Part shown: piece after piece, positions 1 through 11,806 of the stretch | How the letters are laid out: every line of letters begins with the position of its first letter | How positions within the stretch are numbered: position 1 is the first letter of the stretch | Source: Folioceros fuciformis | Taxonomy: Eukaryota | DNA length: 64,000 nucleotides | Direction: 5' to 3' | NCBI GenBank assembly: GCA_049999805.1 | Contig: JBNGIO010006342.1 | Coordinates: forward strand, 103,778-167,777 | The notes under the pieces: generated by a model | Seen by the model: the letters and a program-made list of their open reading frames with translations, nothing else | Database searches by the model: none | What the model was told of the DNA's origin: nothing | Position numbers and translations under genes: made by a program

Positions 1-415
1 GCCGGTCTACCGGCGCACTCCCGCTTGTTTTGTGTCGGTTCACTGAAGTTCTATTTTGCCACCGTTTCTGGAAAATGCAAATAAATATCAACAGGTGATA
101 ATTTTGAAGAATAGGGTCACCTGATATGAGGTATAGCTCAAACACTTAGGACTTTACATAGAATTGGATAACACGTGAATTATGTGATACCTGCCATATT
201 ACATTGTTTTGTCATGTATTTGAATGCCATGACACCCGCAAATTTGCTAGTACTTTTGAAACAATTGATGATTACGTTTATACTCAACACTCTTTTAGGA
301 CACATTTCGGGTTCTCCTGACAAAAACGTGTGAAAATGCAGATATCTGACATGGCATTTCAGCGTCAAAATCTCGCGAAGCCCAAAATGGCGGAATACGC
401 CCGTTTGGGTCAGAC
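1..415 (+). mobile_element. Right end of a TIR DNA transposon, same family as 47439-50475; truncated by the window edge
   Basis: 1-400 aligns by eye with ~50068-50470 (e.g. GAATAGGGTCACCT, AATTTGCTAGTA, CACATTTCGGGTTCTC, AAATGGCGGAATACG). It ends in GGAATACGCCCGTTTGGGTCAGAC, an imperfect reverse complement of GTCTAACCCAAAAGGGCGGATTCC at 47439. Confidence 0.8.
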
Positions 416-3400
416 CTTGTTTTTCCTTTGCAAGGTCTATGTGACCCTCTCCTTATCCAACCTTCGGTTTGCGCCATCACAAATGGACTCGCCCACGTTG
501 CCTGCTATTGAGTTGTTAGCCACAATCCTTGGCAGCAGCTTGCAGCAAGCCGCTAGGGGTGGATCCCTCTAGCAAGGCACAAAGGTCAAAGTGGGCTCGC
601 ATCTAAGTGCCTCATTGGTGGTCATCATCGCACAGTTGCCGTTGTTTAACTCTGCAGTGAAATACAAGATGTGCATGGAAAGTGTGCGAGCACAAAGACA
701 TTACTTCTAGAGATGCACAAGATTTGGATGATGCGGGATATTGCTGGGAGTGGAGGACATCCTGCGTCGCAAGTTGGTTAGTAGCATCCAGATGGTTGTG
801 TAACAACCCATCACACATCAGGGATTTCTTCAACAACCACGATGGTCTCGTCATGGACTGATTGTAGTGCCTATAGAGCATGTTCTCCACAATTGGACTT
901 AGCTTGCCAAAACATTGCTGCATGTCACCACGATCTTCACCAAGTGCTTAGAAAGGATTTCCTTTTCTTAGGGAAGGATTGGCGGCTGTGCTAAATGCTT
1001 ATTATGTTGAGGAAGATCTCGATGTCTTTCATTCATCACCTCTGTGTTTATTGTCCCGGTGATAACTTGTATACCACTGGGGTCCTTGGCCTCTGATAAA
1101 CTTGCCTTTCATGTTCTTGTCACTCCATGGCCTTCGATCTGCTATTCAATGTGGGAACAATGTGGGGAACAATGTTATTCACTCTAATTTTAGGAGGACC
1201 TCTTTGGCCTTTGAAGTGCAATTTGAATGTGAGAGAAAACTTACAAGTTTGTAAGTCTACTCTCCGACTCCAAGTTTTCTTCCATCATCACCATCGGTGG
1301 TGAACCCGAGGTGTGCTGCTCACCTCCACCCCCCTCCCGTAGCCCTTCCCCTCAGTGAAATGTTTCCCTCTTGTCTACTTGAGATGTGCCCCCCCTTTTG
1401 GGTTTTCAATGCGTACAACTAGTCCAAGAGTATTGTGCCCGCTAGCACCTTCGCCATTATTCTATGACATGAAATCATTACATCCAATGAACTAGCCATT
1501 GTACCCACTAACACTGGATGTGATTGGTCCGACAAGTGCTCATGTGCTACTTCTCTTCAACTTTTGGTTGCTTTGGCTCACACTTCACCAGCCTTATGCC
1601 TACAAGTTGTAGGTAATGGCCTTCTTCTTTCCTCCACAAAGGGTTGCAAGGTATGGGGCTTCGGAGCCGAAGCCCTATCATCCACATCTATGTTCTCCAT
1701 CCGCCTGCACCCAATTTGCACTAGTAAGTTGCATCATTGAAGAGCTTTAAATGTGGCACGATCACTCTAGGGTTGGGACTTCTCACTCACAGGAGGTGAC
1801 CAATGCCATGCAGCCCCACACTTCCACATGTAACTCCATGCATTGGTGTATAGGTGCGATGCTAGCCCTCGACAAGTAGTCTGACATGACAAACATAACT
1901 TGCCGTTGAAGTTCACGCCTTCATATTGTTTCAGGGTTGCACTTGAGCATGCACAACACCATATGGCATGCTTTACAGTGCTCACAATGGTCAACGTCTA
2001 GACCACACACCTCTGACATTTGAGGTGACGCAACCCAACTTATTGTCCTTGCCACATACAGCTTCCATGTCGGTGTTTGGGCACACTGATCAATCTCAAA
2101 GCTACTTGCTTCCATTTACGAACAGCTGCTAGATGCCCAAGTTGTGAACTAGCAATTACATCAGTGTGATGGGTTATTGCATGGTCGCTAATGACCATGA
2201 GCTCTCACAAATGCAACACGGGCCATCTGGTATTCCACCAATTAATTTCTAGTACAAAAAGGGTTCGTAACAACAAGTTACGTGTTCCATTTGGGACAAG
2301 TTCAAGTTCCACTTACAACCAACAATCACTATGCTCTCAGAGCAACTAGAACAATTGCACCCTCAGCTGACTTGGTCCCCTTTTGTGACGAGAGTACTCA
2401 CATCCTCCACAACACGCTCCACTCTAATCAGTTTTATTCCAAGAACTTTTCCCAGCTCTGCACATAAGTGGTGGTATCTGACCGTGTTTAAAGCATCCTA
2501 GACAAGTTTTACATTGTCCAATGCTTTGCACGAGCTTGCAAAAAAATTGAATCTCCAGACCCATATGCCTCTTCTCATCTACATGCTTGAACGCGAAATT
2601 GAGTAAGTGAAGGGAGAATGCGTGCACAATTTTTGTGACAAAAGTGAGCTCCTTTCGCTCATTAGTAAAAATTGGTCCAGTCACACATTCTCAGGTGGTT
2701 AGAATTCAAAATGTCATGTTCAACCTTCTCCTCTATCGGACCTACAACACTACACACATCAAACAGAGTGGAAATTTCAGATTGGTAACCCTATAGTATT
2801 GGCATTTGCAAAAAATGGGCCAGAATGTCCTTCTTGCAATCTGTTGTGTAAGCTAAAGTGGCATGCACAAATTGCTGCCCAATCTCACAAGCAACCTGCT
2901 ACTTAACCCTGATAGAACATTCATGCAGCCCATCCTATGCACTTCTAGCATGATGCTCCACTCTCCACTTCTGGACACATTCTATGGATGAGGATTTTGA
3001 AGGATGGCCAACACCAACTACACACTATCCATCCCAATAGCATTACTAACCTTGAGACCCACCCCTCTTGCAACCTCTTCATTGTCGTCCAAAGTAGCTA
3101 TGAGAACAGTTGTTGCAGCAATTGCTGTTGTTGGACATAATCTTGCCCTAACCTGCCATTCCCTTTCCCTCTGACCTCGCTTCTTTTGAGCCCATGTCTA
3201 CCGTTGGTTCCAAGGGATTGGGCCATTCTTGAAAGCAGTATGGGCTATGCAGTGGTAGGAGCAGCCAAGAAAACCAGGAACATACATATACTATTTTGCA
3301 ATTGAACTGGTCTTTTCACCATGTTCATTACAAAATGGGCTAAGCATAACTCAANNNNNNNNNNACCATTACAATGAAATTAATATCTACATATGAGGTA

Positions 3401-4141
3401 AAATAGTTTTTTGGACATATTTGTGGTAATTTTTTCCATATGGGTCGTCCATAGATATATGTTATTGTAAGAAGTCCTAAGGAGGATTGTGTATTTTTTA
3501 TGATTGAAAAAGAGATGGAAAGTCCCATCCAGAGAAGTCCTAAAATAAGAAGTATATTTTCTGTTATTAAAAAAGGGAGGGGAGGTCCTATTTACTCCAA
3601 AGATTGGAGGAATAACTCGAGCGAGACGAAAAGGGGTATTAGCCCCTTCCAAAATTGCATGATGACAAAGACTATCATGTATGATTTGTTAGAGAAGTGT
3701 AATACCTGTATGTGGGATGGAAATGCCTCACATAGCAATAATTAAGTCCATATATAGTAATATATATATAAGAAGAAGCAATAAGATCAGGACTTTGATT
3801 GAGTTAGCCAATAAGTCAGTGTATGACAAACGCAGGAGGACGGACATTATATAACCATGGAACCCAAAAATAAGAATCCATCGGCCAAGGTATTTAACAG
3901 CTGGATCATCTGCGATAATACATGCGTAAAACTAAGGGGACGTTCGTGTCATGGCATGTGGTTATCGATGCGCCGAACATCGAATCCGGGGTGACCTAAC
4001 TACGTAGCCTAATATGTGTATCTCTTCCGCTCTGCCACCTTCATACATAAAACGCAAGAACCCTACACCGGGCTTCCCGCTGATAAATACAGTAGCCTCG
4101 GACGTGCACAGGAGCGGCGAGGGAAGGAAAGGGCCTCCACT

Positions 4142-4764
4142 ATGAGCACCATTGAGATCTACCGCAAGTCCTCAATCGGAACATGCTTGACAGAAGCGCT
4201 GGACGAGCTCGTGATCGGAGGCTCGATCCCGCCACTCCTTGCCGTCAAAGTTCTGATGCAGTTTGACAAGGTGCTGGCCGCAATCCGCTCGCTTTCTCGC
4301 CACATTGTCAGCTCCTCGCTGGGCAGGTCGTGTTGCAGGAAGATGTTCCCAATATCGGTGGAAGGAGTTTCCTGCCGCATGAGCCGTTCCTGAGCTATCA
4401 GGATAGCACTTTCTTGCTTTGCCGGGCAAAGAGAGGTTTTGTGCTTGTTGAGCTTGTGCCTCACGTTTCTGGTCTCTGATGTGCAGTCCATGTGCGACGC
4501 GCTCCAGGCTAGGGTCAAGTCCAAGACGTCTTTCAAGGTAGGTGGCAAGGCTGAGCTCACTTCTTTCCTCCCAATTGGTGTCGGAGGAGGAGGGAATCCA
4601 ACATGCATGTCTCTCCTCCGCAGGGCCATCTCCATACCTACCGATTCTGCGACAATGTGTGGACCTTCATCCTGGAAAAGGCGGTGTTCAAGACAGACAA
4701 TGACGCACAGCCCGTGGACAGGGTGAAGATTGTAGCTTGCGACTCCAAGATAATCCCGCGGTGA
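4142..4764 (+). CDS. TFIIA-S: Transcription initiation factor IIA small (gamma) subunit; exons 4142-4270, 4487-4537, 4624-4764
   Basis: Spliced translation [24 protein letters not shown]...[42 protein letters not shown]...VKIVACDSK carries the TFIIA-gamma hallmark motifs. Both introns are GT-AG. Confidence 0.96.
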
Positions 4765-5403
4765 AGTGGTGTGTGAGATGAGGCTAGGGTTCCAATTTGC
4801 ATTTGTAGAAGAGATCAGCGAATTGTCCTGAACGGAAACGCACGCCTTTGGTTAGAGAGAGAGAGCCTCTCCAGCAGATGTATGATAGTAGCCTCGGGTA
4901 CAAATTCTCGCCACATGTGCTGGCCAAGAGTTCCTCCGAAGTGGAACCTGATCCTTGTCAAACGTGATCACTGATAAAAGGAGGCAGAATCCCGCCCACT
5001 TTCAGCTTCTCCATCCATGGTGTTTGAAGGTTGACTGAAAATCTGCACGCAAAAGCTGTCTTGAGAATCTATCCAGCAGAGAGAACATAACAGGACCCGG
5101 ATGCAGATTACACTCTGCGGCAGTTGTTGAGCAGGCAGCTGAAAAGCATGACAGGTCCAAACACCCGTTCCTGCGGGCACTAAACCCTAATTCCGAAATG
5201 ACAAAGATACACCAGTTCAGCTGATTCTGCCTAATGAGAACGGCGGTAATCGGCTTTTGTAAAGGGATAGATCGACGGGGTGTGGAAAAATTGGAGAGGA
5301 TACCTTCTCTTTTCCGTTCTCAGCTACTGATATCCTGTCTCGTTCTGGCTGCTATGGTACAAACTAACTAACCTTTGGTATGGTATAGGGATGCGCCAAT
5401 CCA

Positions 5404-6771
5404 TCAGAGCAGGACGGGCTTAGATCGGGCCAGGAAGGAGTCTGGGTTGCAGGGGCTTTCCTCCCACCTCTTATGCAGGATCTTGAGAAGCTGCATGGCT
5501 TTGCGGCGAGCTCTGGCAGTGCAGTCGCTCTGGATGAGGAGCAGGAGCTGCGTGGGGGCTCCCACCTGGATGGCAGCCTCCTGCGCACGGGCATCGTCCG
5601 TGGCGCACATGGCGCACAGGACGCCGGCAGCGTACTCCGACCCCCGATTCGACACCTTCAGGATCATGGTGACGAGGATGGGCACGGCGAGTGCGTGGTG
5701 CAACAGCGCCCGCCTCCCGTCCTCGGTGGTGGCCAGGAGCTCCAGCGTGGCCAGCGCCCGCTCGGCGGGCACTGCCGTGGAGTCCGGGAGGATCTCCAAC
5801 AAGGCGGCCACGGCCCCGGCGTCGGTCGCCCTGCTCCTGTTCTCCTTCTCCAGGCACAGCGCCAGCAGCGTCTTAGTGGCCGACTTCACCACTTTCCGGT
5901 AGCTCCAGAAATGCGTCCTGTCGCGCAGCAGGTTCACCACGCCCTCCATCACCAGCGCCGAGCTCCCCACGGCCTCCTTCAGCCCCTCCACCACCGCCAC
6001 CTTCTCCAGCATGTAGGCTGCGTCTAGCCTGGATCCCGGGCTCCCCATGTTGAGATAGTAGCTTGCCACGGAGAGGAAGGGCGGGCTGGCAAGCATCGGC
6101 CGCACCGCCTGCTCCGACGCCAGCAGCGCCAGCAGGCTGAACCCCTCCGCCAACCCCTGCTCCCCGCCCTCCACGCTCACCTCCGTTGTGGCGAACACGG
6201 CCAGCAGCCCCGGCACCAAGTCCGCCTCCACCATCCGCCTCCGATAGCTCTCGCTCTCTTTAGCCAGCTGCAGCAGGCTCCCGAGCGCGGCCTGCCCCGG
6301 ATGTCCCCCTGCCACCTCCTTAACCAGCGTGTCGATGAAACGCACGTCCGAATCCCTGGAAGTGGATGCTCCCAGCAACACATCGTAATGAAACGGCGAG
6401 TCCGAGCACTCTTCCGCCCCGCCATCGCCAGACCTGGCGTGTTTTAGGGCAACGCCATCCGCCCCGGGCCTCCCCTCTCCCGCCAACGGCGAGTCCAAAA
6501 GCATACCGCGCTTCCCCTCCCAACTCCCCCCCGACCCGTTCCTTGCCTCCTCCAAACCAGCCGCCTCGTTCAAATTCCCGCCGTCTTCCTCCCTCTCGGA
6601 CACCGACTCTCGGTCCACGGACAGGTCCGGACGCCGCCTGCTCCCGTCTTTGAGCAATCCTGGGGGGGACTTGGGGCTGAGCACGTCCTGCGCGCAAACC
6701 CCGAACATCCCACACCCGAAGGCCTGTCCCCGCGGGGGCTTGAGCCGCCCCTGCTTCAGCGGATTCCGCAT
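5404..6771 (-). CDS. Armadillo-repeat protein of the plant PUB/CMPG type, apparently lacking a U-box
   Basis: Intronless 455-aa ORF. The C-terminal ARM repeats are typical of PUBs (AERALATLELL, ILKVSNRGSEYAAGVL, LLLLIQSDCTARARRKAMQLLKIL). The N-terminal ~130 aa are G/E/S-rich with no CPIS...DPV U-box signature. Confidence 0.8.
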   Translation of the reverse strand: MRNPLKQGRLKPPRGQAFGCGMFGVCAQDVLSPKSPPGLLKDGSRRRPDLSVDRESVSEREEDGGNLNEAAGLEEARNGSGGSWEGKRGMLLDSPLAGEGRPGADGVALKHARSGDGGAEECSDSPFHYDVLLGASTSRDSDVRFIDTLVKEVAGGHPGQAALGSLLQLAKESESYRRRMVEADLVPGLLAVFATTEVSVEGGEQGLAEGFSLLALLASEQAVRPMLASPPFLSVASYYLNMGSPGSRLDAAYMLEKVAVVEGLKEAVGSSALVMEGVVNLLRDRTHFWSYRKVVKSATKTLLALCLEKENRSRATDAGAVAALLEILPDSTAVPAERALATLELLATTEDGRRALLHHALAVPILVTMILKVSNRGSEYAAGVLCAMCATDDARAQEAAIQVGAPTQLLLLIQSDCTARARRKAMQLLKILHKRWEESPCNPDSFLARSKPVLL

Positions 6772-7256
6772 CCTGATGCCGCCTTGCTAAGCTTCTCGAT
6801 TCGCATCAGCGCACAAAGCGCGAGAGACATCGATCCATGACGGAGGCAGAGCCGTAACCAGAGCGATAGAGAAGCATCCTTGAAGCGGAAGTTAGGAAGC
6901 ACAGGAAGAAGGAGATGGCGGAATTGCAGGGAACGATCGTCAGCAATGTAACTCTGATTCCACACCTCTGGCTGGCAGGAATCCAGAAGGCGCGGCAGTG
7001 GCGTCCTCTCCCGCCTCGATCGTGCGTGCTAGGCCACCGCGAGCCAGGCAACAGGGCTAGATGGGGTGGCGAAGTACAATCCGGAATGCGGGAGACGAGG
7101 GGAGAGCTAACAATTGGTGCTCCGGGGTTGGCAGGCAGGTAGGCAGGCCCCACTAGGGCGCTGCACCCGAAGCATCCCGGCGGAAGGGGGTTTCGCCAAC
7201 TCGCCGCGCCCTCCCATATTCAAGTCGCTGCCACCACTCTACCGACCGAACATTCT

Positions 7257-7300
7257 TTGACTTTGACCAAATCGTGACGCCTGGTTGAAAACATTTGACT
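7257..7300. promoter_or_regulatory. Cluster of W-boxes (TTGACY x3) plus a TGACG in the divergent spacer between the ARM gene and the p101-like gene
   Basis: TTGACT 7257-7262, TTGACC 7263-7268, TGACG 7275-7279, TTGACT 7295-7300. Confidence 0.4.
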
Positions 7301-7601
7301 TTGATCTGCCATCATGCCGTGCCGTGGTAACTTTGGATTTACCATCATGTAACCGCCCGGACGCCTCAACGGTCCAGTGGAGCGGACGGAAGGAGACGGG
7401 AAAAGGAGAAAGGAACCGGGGATGGGAAGGAGGATGCGGGGGCTGTGAGGTGAAGTGAAGATCCTCTACTGATCCAGCGCCGACGCCGCACGGGATGGAC
7501 GATGCGCAGAAGGTATGTGGCGGGTGCGTTTGTTTCCAGCTTGTGAAGTTGCGGACCTGAGGTGCCTGGGCTGAGGTTCGACCCTTCGTGGTTTGGTTGT
7601 G

Positions 7602-10600
7602 ATGAAGACATTCTCGTCGTTGCTGAACTGGGGGAGGGACCCCGAGGCGCCGGTGGATACTGCCAGCCAGATTCGGGATGAGCTCGTAATTCTCATGAAG
7701 GCCACCACAATCAACCAGAGGACTCGTCTGGGTGGGTAACCTTGCGGCAGGGAAGCGTTAAACTTGCACCACCTTCAGGGGCCTTGCAAACCCTAACGGA
7801 CGAGGGTGGCATGACCTGGATTGCCTGGGATTGAGCAGATCTGAGGTTAAATTGCGGGAACAAGGATGAGGCATCGGCCACTTGCATCAACTACAGCAAC
7901 TTCAGCCACGAGCTGAGGCGGGCTTTGAAAACCTGGGGGCGCCGTGGGAGGAGGAAAAAGGATCAGCAGCCTTTGTTCGAGCTGGAGAGGTTCTCGTCCT
8001 TCTGGCAGCAGCTGACCAAGATAGATGTGGCCGGCGTGGTGGTTGCCGCCTTGTTGAAGAGGCTGTTCGAGATGGAGAGGGACCGTGTGGACAACCGGGA
8101 CCTCGTGAAGAGAGTGGGGGGGAGCAAGCCACTGTGCAGGTCCTGGAGTGTGGCCATGGACCACAACAAGGATGGCAGGATTCAGGCAGAAGGAGCTGTT
8201 CCCATGACCCGGACCTTCAAGTTCCCTTCCATCCAAGTCGGGGCGTCTTATTGTATCCTCGTCCTTGCTTCTGCTTCCATCTGCGTCATGTGAAGCTTTC
8301 TTCAGTTGTACCCACCGTCACGCCTTTACAGTGAGGACGCCCTTGCACAGACATCAAGACATCCATGAGGGCTGCCATTCTCAACACTGTTCTCATCATG
8401 GCGCTCTTCTTCACTGTCGATGTTAAGGATGAGGCAGTCCACGCCATCTTAAACAAGTTCGATAAAAGGGTTGAAGACGACAGGAAGGCTGAGGAGAAAA
8501 AAAATCAAAAGAAAACTGAAAAAGACGTCGAAGACAAAGATGGCACACCTCCTGCACCTGATGCCCAGCCTCCTCCACCTGCAAAGGTGGAGCCATCCAA
8601 ACCGACATGGACGACAGTGGTAAGTTTTCCTTCACGCTGTCATAATTGTACTTCTCCTCTTGGATGCCCTCACGTCTCTCCACCCACACACGCCATAAAG
8701 GCACATCATTCTGTGATTTCAGGTGCTGCAAATATTGAAATGGGGTTCTCTGGAGGGGCACTCAATTATGATTCCCCCGCTTCTGGCTCATTGTGCTGCC
8801 TTCATGTCAAGCGAGGTTTCGGCTTCAGATAATAGCCTTCTTTGTATTGAGCTTTCACCTCCAACATCTTCAAATATTTTGTTGAGGGCAGTTAGACGAT
8901 CATTACAATACATCTCTGTAAACATTTAACATCTCCAAATTTTTCTCTTAACTTTAATTACTGACTTCTAGGCCTATTTATCCTTCATATCTAAGTTCTC
9001 TAGCCTTTTAGGTGGAGGATGGATTTATCTATGGTTACAACAACAGCTATTGACGGGATTTGCAGCTGAAACACAACATGCTCTTGCTGCTACAATACAA
9101 CTGATTGAGAGAGATATGAAGACTGTTTTCACTCCTGCACACGAGCTACAAATTAATTGTTTATTCTTCATGGTTCGCCAATTTTTATCCCTGGTAGGCA
9201 TGAAGAGTAATTTTACAGAAATATATATCATATAAAAATTTATACATTAAAAAATATCATCTCATATGTGGTTATTGGTGCAGCATGTAGCGGACGAAGA
9301 CCTTTTAAGACAATGGAGATCTTCAATAAGTACATTCATGCAGTGGCCTCCACCCGTAGGCTTGCATGCTCGCGATGCTGTCAGGCTTCTCATCCGTGAA
9401 ATGAAAGCTCCCGGTACAAGTCTTACTTTATGTGTAGTAACTAATATGCAGCAATAAATTATGACATCTTTTTAAATCTTATAATGAAGTTATCTACTAA
9501 AAAAACTTATTTCAAATATGTGGCCAATAATATGGAAAACTGAAAAATAATCATGTTTAGATTATAGGCTATGCATTACGGAAGAGGTGGTTACAAAGTG
9601 ACAAGAGGTTATTAATTCCTTACGATCATAGTGGAATCATAAAAATAGAACCACTGGAACCGTTGAATATTATTTTCAATCCTACATGCCCTTCAAGCTT
9701 TGCATTTCAATCCTTGTTGGATACTGAAAGGCAAGATATTGTAAGTGAACAATTAGAGCCCTCAAGAATGAAACAAATTATGATACTGCAAATCCTAATT
9801 GCAAGTGGCGTGGAGTTTGATGAAAAGTTGTGGAAGAAAGTTCCAAAAACCTCTATTGCTATCATTTTTGAAGCCTTTCAAGCCATTATGCAAGATGCCC
9901 AAAATGTGATCAAAGTGAGTGAGGCCAATACGCTGATGAAATCAAGGGTGATTGAAGTGTGGAATGAGTTGATCAATGCTGAACACATTCAAATACTAGT
10001 TCCCAAAGAAGAACTAGCTAGTAGCAGTGAAGCACCCTCAATTGATAACTTTATGAACAGGTTTTTACAAAGTACATGATTCTTCTACACAAGAATGAAA
10101 ATGGGTACGTTTGTGCTAACCTCATGGCTATCTGCAGATCCACGCCTATGAGATATCGACTCATCATAGAGGAAGACATGACATGGAGGCCCATGGCGAG
10201 TGAGGTTCTAGAGATGGAGAATCAACAAAGGCCTATATTGCCTTCTTTTGCACCTCGCTTCACTAAAACTGGTGGAGAAGAGTTACTGAAAACGTTTATT
10301 TCAAAACACGGTGTGAATTTGGAAGATGAGGTGTTTTTGAAAAGAGAGGCTGACATTGAGGAACCCAGGACGACAATCAAGGTCACATTAGCAGGAGGAG
10401 ATGGAACATTGCAATACATTTTGTTGGGATACATTGATATGTATTATTCTAGCCAGTATCGAATATTGATGGACAAATTAGACTTCAACTTTTACTTGCT
10501 CCCGCTTGGGGATGTGAACGTCCTAGCGACATACATAGCACAAAGAGATTTATGGTACGACACCACAATATATCGTCCTCTCACGGACAGTCTTCCTTAT

Positions 10601-11428
10601 ATTCCATACATTGGATCTTCAGAGGCTAATGTGCTGGAGCTTCCAATCTACCATGGCATGGCCTGGAAGATCCAAAGCCATGGAGACACGAGCGTGTTAC
10701 CCAAGGTTCTGCTCTCCCAGCAAGTGGAGAATTATTATTTAGAAGCAGAATATAAATTGAGCATTGTTGTATTCAACTGTGAGGCGTGGTACAGAGATAC
10801 TCAAGCCAACAAAAACTTCTACACCACGATCCCCTTCATCGGACGAGTAGAACTTGGGCTTCCAGCCGCACTTGCAGCTGGAACACATCAAGCCGAGCTG
10901 GTGAGCCCGTACTGTGTTCCTCGAAAGCCTGTGATAAGCCTTTCATCCAAACATCTCTACAACTCGGACGCTCTGGACACCTTGAAACCTATCTTCTCTC
11001 TGTCCGTCACCTTGATTTTCTATCCTCTGGACTTTGATGGGAGGGAGTTGCCACTTCAGACTATACATGGCCATTTCTCAGCGGTTTTGGCCATAAACGT
11101 TCCTCGACCATCCGAACGGCGCCTGGGATGCGATCCCCGAACAGATGTTCTGGAGCTTTGTTTCATGGAGACGGAGATTCAGTCCACGAGAAGGTGCAGA
11201 GTGCTGGATGATATTACCAACTGGCTTAATACTTATCACACCAAGCAAGTCATCATCCAAGCTAAGGACTTCAGCAAACCCTTCCACACTCTGGTGGATG
11301 GAGAAGTATATGGGCCCTTCTACAGGTTGAGGCTGAGTGCACTACCACATCCCACCAATAGAACCAAGAACCTCGAGATCTCGGTCATGACGTACTGGCC
11401 TACACATGCTTCCCGAACATCAACGTAA
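7602..11428 (+). CDS. p101/p84 (PIK3R5/PIK3R6)-like PI3K class IB adaptor homolog with DAGK-like C-terminal half. Approx. exons 7602-7731, 7839-~8236 (3' junction uncertain), ~8351-8619, 8723-8815, 8972-9193, 9284-9413, 9568-10060, 10138-11428
   Basis: Phase-consistent GT-AG introns join ORFs 8365, 8723, 9050, 9266, 9663 and 10076. Motifs occur in p101 order: DEDLL..FMQWPPPVG..LLIREMKAPG, IIFNP, IKVTLAGGDG, FYLLPLG, NVLATYIAQRDLWYD, QVENYYLEA..IVVFNCE, FIGRVELG, PFHTLVDGE, ISVMTY. Confidence 0.75.
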
Positions 11429-11806
11429 TCACTTGATGCAATTCAAATTCCGACATCAGTGATGGAAGCTCATGGTGGAAGATCTCGCGTAGAGGCGAGC
11501 CCGAACGCTTCCCATCACACTGTAGCTGTAGCCCGATGCTAGCAGACTCCGCTGGCATCTTTGCAGTGCAGCTGCGCCACAGGGTTAGTCCTAACTGGTA
11601 AGCGGTACCTTCGGGTATGTTGTGCACACTCCAGGTCGTGTGTGGATGTGGAATAGATCAATCCCCGATTGCAAGCCTCTGATTCAAAGGTACCGGTGAT
11701 CATCTGGTCATGTTGTCGGCGAGTATATTCTCGCCGTTTCTCGGTGAGCACTGCGGGGATCCGGGCACGAGAAGTTGCATGATCACTCCAGCACGTCGCA
11801 CGCGTG

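Noticed and set aside
420-3750. Possible decayed TE coding sequence
   Set aside because: Only short ORFs and no diagnostic motif that I could identify.
7325-7344. Short inverted repeat TGGTAA-N8-TTACCA, and isolated AAACCCTAA telo-boxes (5182, 7788, 38318)
   Set aside because: Too short to distinguish from chance without conservation data.
10076-11428. Annotating the 450-aa ORF as a standalone ordinary diacylglycerol kinase
   Set aside because: It splices in frame to upstream exons carrying the WP.P...E.KAPG helical region, and the overall motif order fits p101/p84 better. The NP.SG motif of plant DGKs is not visible.
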